In this document: positions 11,141 to 20,037 of the stretch, in pieces
How positions within the stretch are numbered: the first letter of the stretch is position 1
How the letters are laid out: the number at the start of each line of letters is the position of its first letter
NCBI GenBank assembly: GCA_963701075.1
Contig: OY969559.1
Coordinates: 1,632,001 to 1,696,000 of the forward strand
Direction: 5' to 3'
Length of the DNA stretch: 64,000 bases
DNA from: an uncultured Nitrososphaerota archaeon
Lineage (GTDB): Archaea; Thermoproteota; Nitrososphaeria; Nitrososphaerales; Nitrosopumilaceae
The notes under the pieces: model-generated
The model's input: only the letters and a program-made list of their open reading frames with translations
The model's database searches: none
What the model was told of the DNA's origin: nothing
Translations under genes and position numbers: made by a program

Positions 11141-11506
11141 TTAGTTTTGATTTTTCTTTATGGCATCATTTATCATTTTTGCTGCCATTTCGTTGTCGTC
11201 GACCTCAAAGACTATCTTTTTGTAAAACTCGTGGTTCAAAGATACTGTTATGCATCGGTCTTTATGATGCATCTCAAAGAATACAAGACCGTCTCCTGTC
11301 ATGTACGTTCCATCTTTTATGATTCCAGGGATTCCAGTGCCTGCAACCTTCATTTGTTCAAAGACTCCCCACGGTACCTTTTCAGCTGAGGCAGACACGA
11401 CATGGCTTAGCGGTATAGTTATTGTTCTTCGCATTGTTAAAATCACATCTACGCCGTGAATTTCAAAAACCAGGTTGTCACCTTCAATTCTTACTTTTCC
11501 AGACAT
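11141..11506 (-). CDS. Hypothetical protein (PH-like)
   Basis: 121-aa ORF; ITIPLSHVVS and AGTGIPGIIKDGTY patterns. Confidence 0.7.
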   Translation of the reverse strand: MSGKVRIEGDNLVFEIHGVDVILTMRRTITIPLSHVVSASAEKVPWGVFEQMKVAGTGIPGIIKDGTYMTGDGLVFFEMHHKDRCITVSLNHEFYKKIVFEVDDNEMAAKMINDAIKKNQN

Positions 11507-12105
11507 TTGCTTGGTTTTATGATACTGTTTGCCTTGATTTTAATCTGCTGGATCTTTTGTCTTTTACTGGATACTGCAAGAAGTACATAATGAAAGAGCA
11601 TAGTTTCATTTCTTTTCATGTACTGTACATTTCATGATTTTAAAAAAACTATTCACTTGATTTTTTTGGTAAAATTTCAAGTCGTGTAAAACTTTTTTAC
11701 AAAAGATTTTATTTTTCAAAAATCATTTTTGGCGTGATTTTTCTCTAAAAAAACTTGTTTTTTGCAATCAAGTGTGTCAAACATATTTTGACAACTTGTA
11801 CACTAGATATTGAGCAGAACCTATATCAAGCTCAAATTTGACGGTTATAGTAGTTTTCATTTAAATATTTAAGTGAATTCGTCGTTTTATGACCGTTTTA
11901 CGGCCAGTTTCGTGCCTAAATCTGGCCGGAATTTTTGGGTTGAAATTTCTTTCACGACACCTTTACACCATTACATATGCATAACTTGTCCATAAGTATG
12001 TCGACAGAAAAATTTGGAGAAAAATTGTAATGTGGGAGAATTTTTGTTGTTCTGCTCTCATGTTTCAATACATATAAACAAGTTTACATCAAAATCTGTT
12101 GAAAA

Positions 12106-12537
12106 ATGTCCAACTACGGAATCCGGCACGATCCTAAAGTGCTCACGGTTGTAATTCTATCAATGTTGATGCCATCAGACCTTGGTAAAAAAATTCTAAA
12201 AGAATCTAATCTTGGAATTAGTGAAAAAACGCTTCAAAGAATCAAAAATGATATAAAAAATATAGGCGTTGCGCACATCATAGCGGAGGTACACAAACTG
12301 TATTTGTTGACTACAGTAGATTCGTTAGTTGATGCAATAAAATTAAAAAATATCATGTTTGACATCATAAACAGCCCTAGTGCAGATAGTTTGGAAAAAA
12401 TCAAGGCAGCACAAGTAGTAGTCAGTATCTTAAAAGGAATTCCCGGACTTTACGATCCTGAAATTGCCGAGTCAATACCATCGAAAGACAGCGCAGACAA
12501 TTCGAGGTCTGAGGTAAGCCAGGCAGACAAGGAGTGA
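12106..12537 (+). CDS. Hypothetical helical protein, possible terminase small subunit
   Basis: Directly upstream of the terminase ATPase remnant; HTH-like GISEKTLQRIK. Confidence 0.45.
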   Translation: MSNYGIRHDPKVLTVVILSMLMPSDLGKKILKESNLGISEKTLQRIKNDIKNIGVAHIIAEVHKLYLLTTVDSLVDAIKLKNIMFDIINSPSADSLEKIKAAQVVVSILKGIPGLYDPEIAESIPSKDSADNSRSEVSQADKE

Positions 12538-12632
12538 AATAACAAGCTGGACATCAATCAGACAGACAAGGAGAGTCCCGAGGGCGGTCAAGATCCCAGC
12601 CATTGGACATCAGATAAAGGTGCAGGGATATT

Positions 12633-13335
12633 TTGAGGCAAACTCGTAAAGCCCTGAAAAAATATCATGACCAAAATAAACATGGAAAAAAGAAAGTCAT
12701 TCCAGAGCCCATTCCTAAAAACATTCTTGAGTTTGTCAAAAATTACAGAATCATAAAAGGACAACCGTACTCGCTCAAAGGACGGGAATTTCTCATTCAG
12801 ATATATTTGGATATAGTACAACAGATCAATATAGTTAAGGCAAGGCAGATGGGTCTTACCGAGTTTGCTATGAACTGGCTCTTGTTTCATCTTTTGACGT
12901 ATCAAGGCACATGTGGCTTGTATGTAGCAGATAGGGAATCCCATGTCTTAGCGTTTGCGGACCGCCTCCGTGAAGCTGATACTCAGTTCAGAGAAGCTAA
13001 AGCCGTGGATAGTTAGAATAACAAACGAGAGCGTCAAATTTGCAAATGGTTCAATTCTATACATGATTACGGGTTGGGGCAAGTTTGAAAAAGCTCGCTC
13101 ATATCCGGTTGACTTTGCTGTAGTGGATGAGGTCCAGTCACTTGACCTTGAGGGACTGCCTGTGTTAAAGGAAACACTGTCAGCCTCATCCCACAAGAGA
13201 CTCGTTGTGATTGGCACAGGCTCTGATCAAGGCGATCTCTGGTGGGATGAGTGGCACCGTGGAACTCAACTTAACTGGGTACCGGCTCACGACAACACAC
13301 CAAGATCTCAGGTATATGCGGCGGGCATAGGCTGA
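12633..13335 (+). pseudogene. Phage terminase large subunit ATPase domain, frameshifted near 12972 and truncated
   Basis: Walker A-like KARQMGLTE, FANGSILY, Walker B FAVVDE, coupling motif IGTG; no nuclease domain follows. Confidence 0.8.
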
Positions 13336-13481
13336 TTGCGTAAAAAACAGCTGAAAATTAGTGAATTGGTTTTATCCAATCACTATTCCTACTATTTGAT
13401 AACCAAAATTATGTAGATCATCTTTTTTGAAAAAAGACTGGATTTGCGCATTTTCTTGATTTTGCTTGCAAGTGGATATAA

Positions 13482-13784
13482 TCACTCCATCTTGGACTCG
13501 TCTGCAACAAAATGCTTCATGAGCGATATGATATACGACGAGGTGCGGATGTTCTCGTGGGCATAGCTTGTATGGATGAACCGCATTTTTTCATGCATTG
13601 AGAGTGCCTTGGTCCATATCTGCCTTGCAGTGGAGCGGTCAATTGTCCACAGTGTGTCGTCTGACGTGGTTACAATTATTCTTCCCCCAGAGTATTTTGC
13701 AAAAAATGGCTTGGTCTGGGTTGCAAACTGTTTTTGTGTGGCAAGGTTTGTTGTCATTGTACCCCAATACTCGTCGAATTTCAT
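13482..13784 (-). CDS. Hypothetical protein
   Basis: 100-aa ORF with ATG start. Confidence 0.5.
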   Translation of the reverse strand: MKFDEYWGTMTTNLATQKQFATQTKPFFAKYSGGRIIVTTSDDTLWTIDRSTARQIWTKALSMHEKMRFIHTSYAHENIRTSSYIISLMKHFVADESKME

Positions 13785-14173
13785 GGTACGATTATAGTAT
13801 TTACTTTGATTTAACTAGTTTTGATGGTTTTTTCTGCATGGTGTTGTTTTTGGGGTATTGGTGCCAGGATGAAGGTTGTTTTTGGATATATTGTGTTTGA
13901 ACTCTAGTGGAAGATTTGTTGGGTGTTTTCGCCAGGACGACGGTGACACATCTCGCTTTCCGCGCCGTAAAATAATCAGGTAAGTAGGGTGAAAACCTGA
14001 AAAACCTTTTCCCAATTTTTTACTTTAATTAAAACAGATTTTGTTTAGGGATCAGAGATCCTATTTGTTAAAATGCATTATTCTTATCAGTTCTGTATTT
14101 GATTGAAGTTCAAATCGGAAGGTCTGGGTGCTGATATAGGTTCACTTTTTGGATTCATGTTTTAAATAGATAA

Positions 14174-14707
14174 TTACAGGTTACTGGCATCCTGACCCAT
14201 CTGTCTTCTTCGTGTGACAATACCGTGACATGAAGGGCATAATGCTCTACAATTAGATTCGTCATTATTCGATCTATCACTGTCTTTATGATCCCAATCC
14301 AAAATCGTAAGTAATCTACCACATATGGCGCACTTATGATCCTGTCTACGAATGGTTTTGATTTTTGTTTCCTCTGAGAAATCCAATCGCGGTATGTTTG
14401 TACGATCTTTTCTGATCTTTTTCTTTTTGTTTATTTTCAGGGGTTTGTATAGTTGAAGTAAATCATCTATCTCATTAACCAGTTCTTTAGTAAATTCTTT
14501 TTTTGTAACATTATTTATTTTAAAGAAGTTTGTTTTTACACTATTAATAATAGAAAAAAGATTATGTTGGGATTTTCTTTTAATTATTTTTTCAGCTGTT
14601 TTTTCAGAAAGATTTAAAGAAAAATCATCTGCTTCCCTCCATCCATTTTTGTATAACACATCCCATATTCGCGATTGAATTGATGATTTTAGATCAGCAA
14701 ATGTCAA
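14174..14707 (-). CDS. HNH endonuclease with uncharacterised N-terminal domain
   Basis: CAICG..DWDHKD..NNDESNCRALCPSCH; start overlaps the stop of the upstream gene. Confidence 0.85.
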   Translation of the reverse strand: MTFADLKSSIQSRIWDVLYKNGWREADDFSLNLSEKTAEKIIKRKSQHNLFSIINSVKTNFFKINNVTKKEFTKELVNEIDDLLQLYKPLKINKKKKIRKDRTNIPRLDFSEETKIKTIRRQDHKCAICGRLLTILDWDHKDSDRSNNDESNCRALCPSCHGIVTRRRQMGQDASNL

Positions 14708-15081
14708 ACAGATTTTATTCCAAATTTTTTTGTTAGTTCTTTTTCTATATTTAATATCTTTACTTTTGTAGTTTTGTCATAGATTTTACCCTGTCTAGTA
14801 GTTTTTTTAACATAAATTAGATCCTCTGCAAGCAGTTCCCCTATTCTTGTAGATACATGTGGTTGTCTCATAGGCTTTAGTTTTTTAACTAACTCATTTA
14901 CAGTTCTTTCCCCATCAACCGCCAAAAAGACTTTTACCCTATCCTTTGATTTACCGAAAAAAATCATCAAATCAGTTACTATTTCTTTTCTGTTTGCACG
15001 AAGTAGCAGATCAACGGATTTGTCTAGACCATCCACTTTATACCGTATTTCTCTAACATCTCGTTCTAAATGTTCTGTCAT
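14704..15081 (-). CDS. Coiled-coil + winged-HTH protein
   Basis: KVFLAVDGERTVNELVKKL..QPHVSTRIGELLAEDLI wHTH pattern. Confidence 0.75.
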   Translation of the reverse strand: MTEHLERDVREIRYKVDGLDKSVDLLLRANRKEIVTDLMIFFGKSKDRVKVFLAVDGERTVNELVKKLKPMRQPHVSTRIGELLAEDLIYVKKTTRQGKIYDKTTKVKILNIEKELTKKFGIKSV

Positions 15082-15084
15082 ATT

Positions 15085-15252
15085 TTATTCCTTAGATTTT
15101 GATTGTTTGATGTTTTTCGGAATGAATTCGTATAATGTTTTAGTACTCATTCCAGTAGCTTTCACTATATTTTCTATTGGTATTCCTTGTTTGACTAGTT
15201 GTATTATAAGTAATTTTTTGATAATGTTTAATTCTTTTTGTATATCATCCAT
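15085..15252 (-). CDS. 55-aa HTH protein (absent from ORF track)
   Basis: MDDIQKELNIIKKLLIIQLVKQGIPIENIVKATGMSTKTLYEFIPK..; fills the gap between flanking genes. Confidence 0.75.
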   Translation of the reverse strand: MDDIQKELNIIKKLLIIQLVKQGIPIENIVKATGMSTKTLYEFIPKNIKQSKSKE

Positions 15253-15253
15253 T

Positions 15254-15454
15254 CTAATTCATCTTTCTCACTATTGCATGTACCTTATCTCTGTCAGTTT
15301 TTAGAAAATCCTTTATTTCAGATTCTTTCATACCTATTTTATACAATGTAATTACCTGATTTTTGAAATCGAGATCTTTTATTATATTTACAAGTAGAGC
15401 TTTTGTTAAAAAGTCAAGTTTATTGGTTAAAATGGAAAACTGATCATCATTCAT
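15254..15454 (-). CDS. Small coiled-coil/HTH protein
   Basis: KLDFLTKALL..QVITLYKIGMKESEIKDFL; ATGA-type overlap with upstream gene. Confidence 0.75.
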   Translation of the reverse strand: MNDDQFSILTNKLDFLTKALLVNIIKDLDFKNQVITLYKIGMKESEIKDFLKTDRDKVHAIVRKMN

Positions 15455-15651
15455 TTTTTATTCCTCAATTGTGAGAGGGTAGAATTTACAGTGTTTTGTG
15501 TCTTGTCCAAAATTTTTGCTATGTCTTTATTACTTATCCCCAACTTATGTAACAATAAAATTTGTTCGCCTGCATCTTTATCTTTTATCAACCCAAATGC
15601 GAGGAGTTTGATTATAGTATCCAACTTTTGTAGAGTTTCTTTTTCATTCAT
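15451..15651 (-). CDS. Small coiled-coil/HTH protein
   Basis: KLDTIIKLL..EQILLLHKLGISNKDIAKILDKTQNTV. Confidence 0.8.
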   Translation of the reverse strand: MNEKETLQKLDTIIKLLAFGLIKDKDAGEQILLLHKLGISNKDIAKILDKTQNTVNSTLSQLRNKK

Positions 15652-15874
15652 TTGTTTTCACCTTTTTTGCTTTTGATTTTTCTTTTGCAACCATATTAGT
15701 GGTCGTATCTAAAATATTGGCAATTTGTTGGTTTTCGTATCCTTGTGAAATGAGATAAATTATTTTCTCACCCATGGTTTTATTTTGAAATTTTGATGGA
15801 CTAAGCAATATTCCAATTATTGTTTCTAGTCTTTTATTAATATCTGTATTTTTCTCCTTACCTGATTCACTCAT
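15644..15874 (-). CDS. Small coiled-coil/HTH protein
   Basis: RLETIIGILL..EKIIYLISQGYENQQIANILDTTTNMV. Confidence 0.8.
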   Translation of the reverse strand: MSESGKEKNTDINKRLETIIGILLSPSKFQNKTMGEKIIYLISQGYENQQIANILDTTTNMVAKEKSKAKKVKTNE

Positions 15875-15994
15875 AATATCATTATATTGTGACTAGTTAT
15901 ATTTAAATTTTGCACATGGTGTGAAATATGGTAATCCATTAAGCCTTAATTATTTAAAGAAAATAGGCATAAATTTAATAATTTTCTAAAAGTA

Positions 15995-16034
15995 ATATTA
16001 CCATATTACCATATTTACATATTTACATATTTGT
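15995..16034. repeat. Five tandem 8-bp repeats in divergent promoter
   Basis: ATATTACC x2, ATATTTAC x2, ATATTTGT; 12-bp inverted copy at 15924-15935. Confidence 0.8.
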
Positions 16035-16065
16035 TACATAGCCACACACCATAAAATCCAATAAC

Positions 16066-16299
16066 ATGGTCATTTTAGTATCTCATATGTCAAAATCGAG
16101 AAAATCTGAAATAGAATTGTTGGAGGAAATGAATGAAAAATTAGGTAAATTAGTTGGCATTCTTGCCATTCAAGGAAAAAACGAAGATGAACAAATTCGC
16201 ATTTTGAAGGTTCTGGGGTTTAGCTCAAAACAAACGGGTAGTCTGTTAGGAATTGAAGACTCTGCCATTAGGCATAGAAAAGCATGGACTCAGAATTAA
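16066..16299 (+). CDS. Small coiled-coil/HTH protein, divergent paralogue (start probably 16087)
   Basis: KLGKLVGILAIQGKNEDEQIRILKVLGFSSKQTGSLLG. Confidence 0.75.
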   Translation: MVILVSHMSKSRKSEIELLEEMNEKLGKLVGILAIQGKNEDEQIRILKVLGFSSKQTGSLLGIEDSAIRHRKAWTQN

Positions 16300-16315
16300 C
16301 TCAGACCCTGTTTTT

Positions 16316-16507
16316 TTATCCCTTTAACAAATCCGCCAATGTCTTTACTTTGGTTTTTTCGGGTTCTTCACTATTGATTCTATTCATTATGGATTCTTTG
16401 ACAAATGCTGATGGCGTACAACCATGTTTGTTGCAGGCATCAAGTAATTTACTATGTTCGTCTTCGTTTAACTTGGTAGACACAACTTTGTAGACCATGG
16501 TAGACAT
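16316..16507 (-). CDS. CopG/RHH-like protein
   Basis: VVSTKLNEDEHSKLLDACNKHGCTPSAFVKESI beta-helix-helix pattern. Confidence 0.7.
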   Translation of the reverse strand: MSTMVYKVVSTKLNEDEHSKLLDACNKHGCTPSAFVKESIMNRINSEEPEKTKVKTLADLLKG

Positions 16508-16526
16508 TGGTAGACAGATGGTAGAC
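16474..16526. repeat. Five (TG)GTAGAC direct repeats over the RHH start
   Basis: Copies start at 16474, 16490 (GTAGAC only), 16498, 16508 and 16519. Confidence 0.8.
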
Positions 16527-16697
16527 TAGAATATGCTTTGTTATAGGTTCAAATTTTGAAAGATCTGAACTCTAAGGTTTACTCACTACAAACGAGTTCA
16601 TTGATAAAGAGCAAAAATGGAATCCCCCCTCTTTGTGAGGAAAAACATGCTGTTGTCGTAAAACTTTAAGGGTGACATTTTCGGTGAAAATTTTATC

Positions 16698-17252
16698 TTG
16701 GGATCTGTATTTGTGTCGCATAGTAAACACGATGTCGATATAGTGAATTATTTTGCCAAAATTTTTGCTAGATTGAAATTACAAGCACATTTTATGGAAC
16801 TAGAGGATCTAGCAGGAAAATATCAAGGTGCTAGAATATCTGACATAATTCGTTCAAATTTTGTTGAAGATACAAAGGCTGTAATAGTTCTATTAGGAGA
16901 AAACCTAGAACATCCTCCAACTCCTACTCCACAATATACGCATAACTGGGTAAATTTTGAAGTAGGTGTAGCAGCGGGTTCTAGCAAACCTGTGTGGGTT
17001 TTTGAAAAATTCGATGAAGTAATCCAATTTCCAATTCCCTATGTAACGGATTATTGTCAATACCATCTAGGCAATGTTGATGAGTTAAGAGGCATAGCGG
17101 ATCTTTTAGAAAAACTATATCAACATAACCTTGTTGTCCAACCTGCAAGAATTCTAAAATGTCATCTATGCCAAGCCTCGTTCAGGCAATGGAATAAAAA
17201 TCAGACATGTATTAACTGCCCAGTATGCAGGCAATTCACTTGTGGCAGTTAA
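16698..17252 (+). CDS. TIR-domain protein with C-terminal Zn ribbon
   Basis: VFVSHSKHD, AVIVLLG, WVNFEVGVAAGSSKPVWVF; CHLC...CPVC. Confidence 0.8.
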   Translation: MGSVFVSHSKHDVDIVNYFAKIFARLKLQAHFMELEDLAGKYQGARISDIIRSNFVEDTKAVIVLLGENLEHPPTPTPQYTHNWVNFEVGVAAGSSKPVWVFEKFDEVIQFPIPYVTDYCQYHLGNVDELRGIADLLEKLYQHNLVVQPARILKCHLCQASFRQWNKNQTCINCPVCRQFTCGS

Positions 17253-17298
17253 TAATTATCCATGATGTTAATTTCTAAAATATCCTTCTGTTCTTCTC

Positions 17299-17661
17299 TT
17301 ATTGCAACCTAGGATCATGACAGGTAGGAAGGTAAGAGAGATACGGCTTGGGGGTTCCATTACAGTCTTGTTTAATGATATTTATTGCATGAATGCAGGT
17401 AGTAGAATTAGAAATTGTAGTGTGGGCACATTGGTTTAGAATGTTTTCCGTTTCGTTGTTAAGGTTATTGAATACTGTTGCGTTAATTGTTGTCTGACCG
17501 GTGTAATTGAGAATTTTTCCATCTAGGTGTGATGTTAATTGTTCGGTTTGATTATTGGCCTGTTGGGCTTGGGGAAGCTGAGATGGCAGGACAAGTAGAA
17601 TAATCACAATACCAACAACAAGACTTGCAACACTAGTGATGAGTTTGCCTACAGTTTTCAT
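17299..17661 (-). CDS. Membrane-anchored hypothetical protein
   Basis: N-terminal TM, Asn/Thr-rich, four Cys. Confidence 0.65.
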   Translation of the reverse strand: MKTVGKLITSVASLVVGIVIILLVLPSQLPQAQQANNQTEQLTSHLDGKILNYTGQTTINATVFNNLNNETENILNQCAHTTISNSTTCIHAINIIKQDCNGTPKPYLSYLPTCHDPRLQ

Positions 17662-17781
17662 TTAGTTTTTCCATAACCGCGAGTTGAGTATTTACGGCGC
17701 TTTAAAAGGCGTAGCAAATCCGGTTCTGCTACAAACTCTTTTCCCAAATTTTTTAATTTTCAAATTTCGAACCTTGTTCCT

Positions 17782-18246
17782 TTATCTAGATATCATAACT
17801 AAATATGCAATCGTGATTGCACCAAATGCGACAATAACTATGGTTGACAGATACACGATAGAAGGTCTTGGCACATAAATGCCCGCTTCAATGGCTTTCT
17901 GAGCCCTGAGATAGTTTACGAGTGCATAAATTATTAACAAAATTCCAAGACCAATCATACTCATACCAAGCATAGTTGATGAGAAAGGAACTGGTAGATT
18001 TGACGGGATTGTTTGATTTTTTGTCATAATGCCAAATTCCCTAAGAAAGAGACTGAATCTTGCGACCACAAAACCCAATCCCATAAGAGCAATGCAAGTG
18101 CGAAGCCATGCAAGAAAAGTACGCTCATTGGCAAGATGTTCGCTTGACCGATCAGATTTTTTATTTTCAGACAATTGTTTGAAGCTGAGATGTTGTTTAC
18201 AATATAAGGCTCTGGTTTTGTGATTGTACCATATAGTATTGCACAA
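17782..18246 (-). CDS. DUF202/YidH-family membrane protein (true start likely ~18175)
   Basis: EHLANERTFLAWLRT signature. Confidence 0.9.
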   Translation of the reverse strand: MCNTIWYNHKTRALYCKQHLSFKQLSENKKSDRSSEHLANERTFLAWLRTCIALMGLGFVVARFSLFLREFGIMTKNQTIPSNLPVPFSSTMLGMSMIGLGILLIIYALVNYLRAQKAIEAGIYVPRPSIVYLSTIVIVAFGAITIAYLVMISR

Positions 18247-18361
18247 ATATCAGATGAAAGACGATTTACCATTTGTGAGAATTGGTAGTAATTGCAATCA
18301 AGATTATCATTGCTGATAATTTACTAGATAACATATCAAGTCAAAATCATCATTTTTTGTC

Positions 18362-18925
18362 ATGATAAACAGATATGTCTTTTACATTGCAATTTTTGCA
18401 ATCATATTTTATGGAATAAATTTTAGCCTAGTTTATGGATATACTGATGTAGGCCAACTTATTGCAAGCAAGTATTATCTTTCGCTAGATAATAAAACAT
18501 ACACTATATTCTATTTCTTGCATAATCTGGATACATCAAATACCGACATGTCCAATCTGGATTATGCGGGAAAAATCTCATCAATATCAATGGAACCCAA
18601 CAAAAATGCAATGCTGATCTCACTTGATAATATCTCAACAAATGATGAGCTCTCCGTGGGTTTCAACAGTGCAATAATTTCAGCAGATAATGGAAAATTC
18701 GTGGTTTTTGTAGATGGTGTTGAAAAAGGGTATGCCATATCAACAGCATTTGGAACTGACACGGTTATAACCGTCGTAACTCCAAACGGCACTAGTAATG
18801 TGGAAATAGTAGGTACACATGCAGGTCCAGAATTTGGCCCAGTGGCATTATCAGTGCTTGCTATTTCAATAATATCCATCATGATTATTTCAACAAGAAC
18901 TAGATTGAGATTTTCACAATTCTAG
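18362..18925 (+). CDS. PEFG-CTERM surface protein
   Basis: Signal peptide; C-terminal GPEFGPVA + TM + basic tail. Confidence 0.85.
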   Translation: MINRYVFYIAIFAIIFYGINFSLVYGYTDVGQLIASKYYLSLDNKTYTIFYFLHNLDTSNTDMSNLDYAGKISSISMEPNKNAMLISLDNISTNDELSVGFNSAIISADNGKFVVFVDGVEKGYAISTAFGTDTVITVVTPNGTSNVEIVGTHAGPEFGPVALSVLAISIISIMIISTRTRLRFSQF

Positions 18926-18971
18926 ATTATGTAGTTTCAAAACAAAAAATCTATGATGAATAAACATTAGA

Positions 18972-19892
18972 TCAGACTAGAATATCCCGTAAGCGAAAAG
19001 TTTTGGTAAGTGATTCAGATCTCATTCTTAGAGCCACGGTACTTATTCCAGCAGCATCTGCCATTTGTTTCTGAGTAAATCTTTCTCCATTGTTTACAGA
19101 TGATATGTAAAGTGCGGCAGCGGCCAATGCTATAGGGTTTTTCCCAGCTGCATAGCCGCTTTCCTTGGTCTTTGCTAGGATCACCAATGCATCCCTTCTA
19201 CTCTTTTCAGAGGTACCTACGTTACTTGCTATCCTATTGATAAAAAATGAAGAATCATAAGACTCTATTTTCAAATCAAGATCCTCAATCAACAGTCTGA
19301 CATCTCTTGAAAGATCCTTTACGCTGATGTTCCCAGCTGTTGCAATATCTGGTATGGTTCTTGGTGTGCTAGACTGCCTACAGGATAAATATAGTGAAGC
19401 CAATGTCAAGCAATCAATCCTCCTGCCCCTGATTTTCTTGGTCTTTGCCTTTCTGTATATGTAAGCTGCTTCCTCAATTATCGGATCTGACAAGCCAAGT
19501 TTTGTTCTTACGGTATTGAGTAGAGTAAACGCAGTTCTCATTCTTGCTTCAGAATTTCCAGATTTGCTGCGATTATCCCACATTCTTAGCCTGTCAAATG
19601 TCTGTTTCATTCCCCCTGATAGCGAGTGTCCCGTGGCATCTCTGTTTTCTTTGCCAATAATTGTTGACAATCCCATATCGTTTATTGCAAGTGTTGTTTT
19701 GGCACCAGTCCTAGATTTTTCAAAATACTCTTCACTGGTGAATGCCTGTTGTTCTGGCCCAGAAACGGGGGTCTTTTCAACTAGTACCAAGCCACAGTTG
19801 GAACACAAAATCTCTCCAGTGGCATCATCAGTTACGACTGAGCCTTTGCACTTTTCATTTAGACATTTTTCAATATCTGGTGAGGAACGCAT
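18972..19892 (-). CDS. tfb: Transcription initiation factor IIB
   Basis: Zn ribbon C..C/CSNCGLV, DMGLSTII, two cyclin repeats, GKNPIALAAAALY. Confidence 0.93.
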   Translation of the reverse strand: MRSSPDIEKCLNEKCKGSVVTDDATGEILCSNCGLVLVEKTPVSGPEQQAFTSEEYFEKSRTGAKTTLAINDMGLSTIIGKENRDATGHSLSGGMKQTFDRLRMWDNRSKSGNSEARMRTAFTLLNTVRTKLGLSDPIIEEAAYIYRKAKTKKIRGRRIDCLTLASLYLSCRQSSTPRTIPDIATAGNISVKDLSRDVRLLIEDLDLKIESYDSSFFINRIASNVGTSEKSRRDALVILAKTKESGYAAGKNPIALAAAALYISSVNNGERFTQKQMADAAGISTVALRMRSESLTKTFRLRDILV

Positions 19893-20037
19893 GTTAGAAA
19901 TCAGGATAATAATAGGTCGTTTTTCTTATTTAAACACTGATAAATTTAGGTCGCCCTAATTTTTTTACATAAAAATAGGTACAATAGAAATTGGTAATCA
20001 AAAAAATATTCTTATCAGAGGATGCAATCCTTATTTT

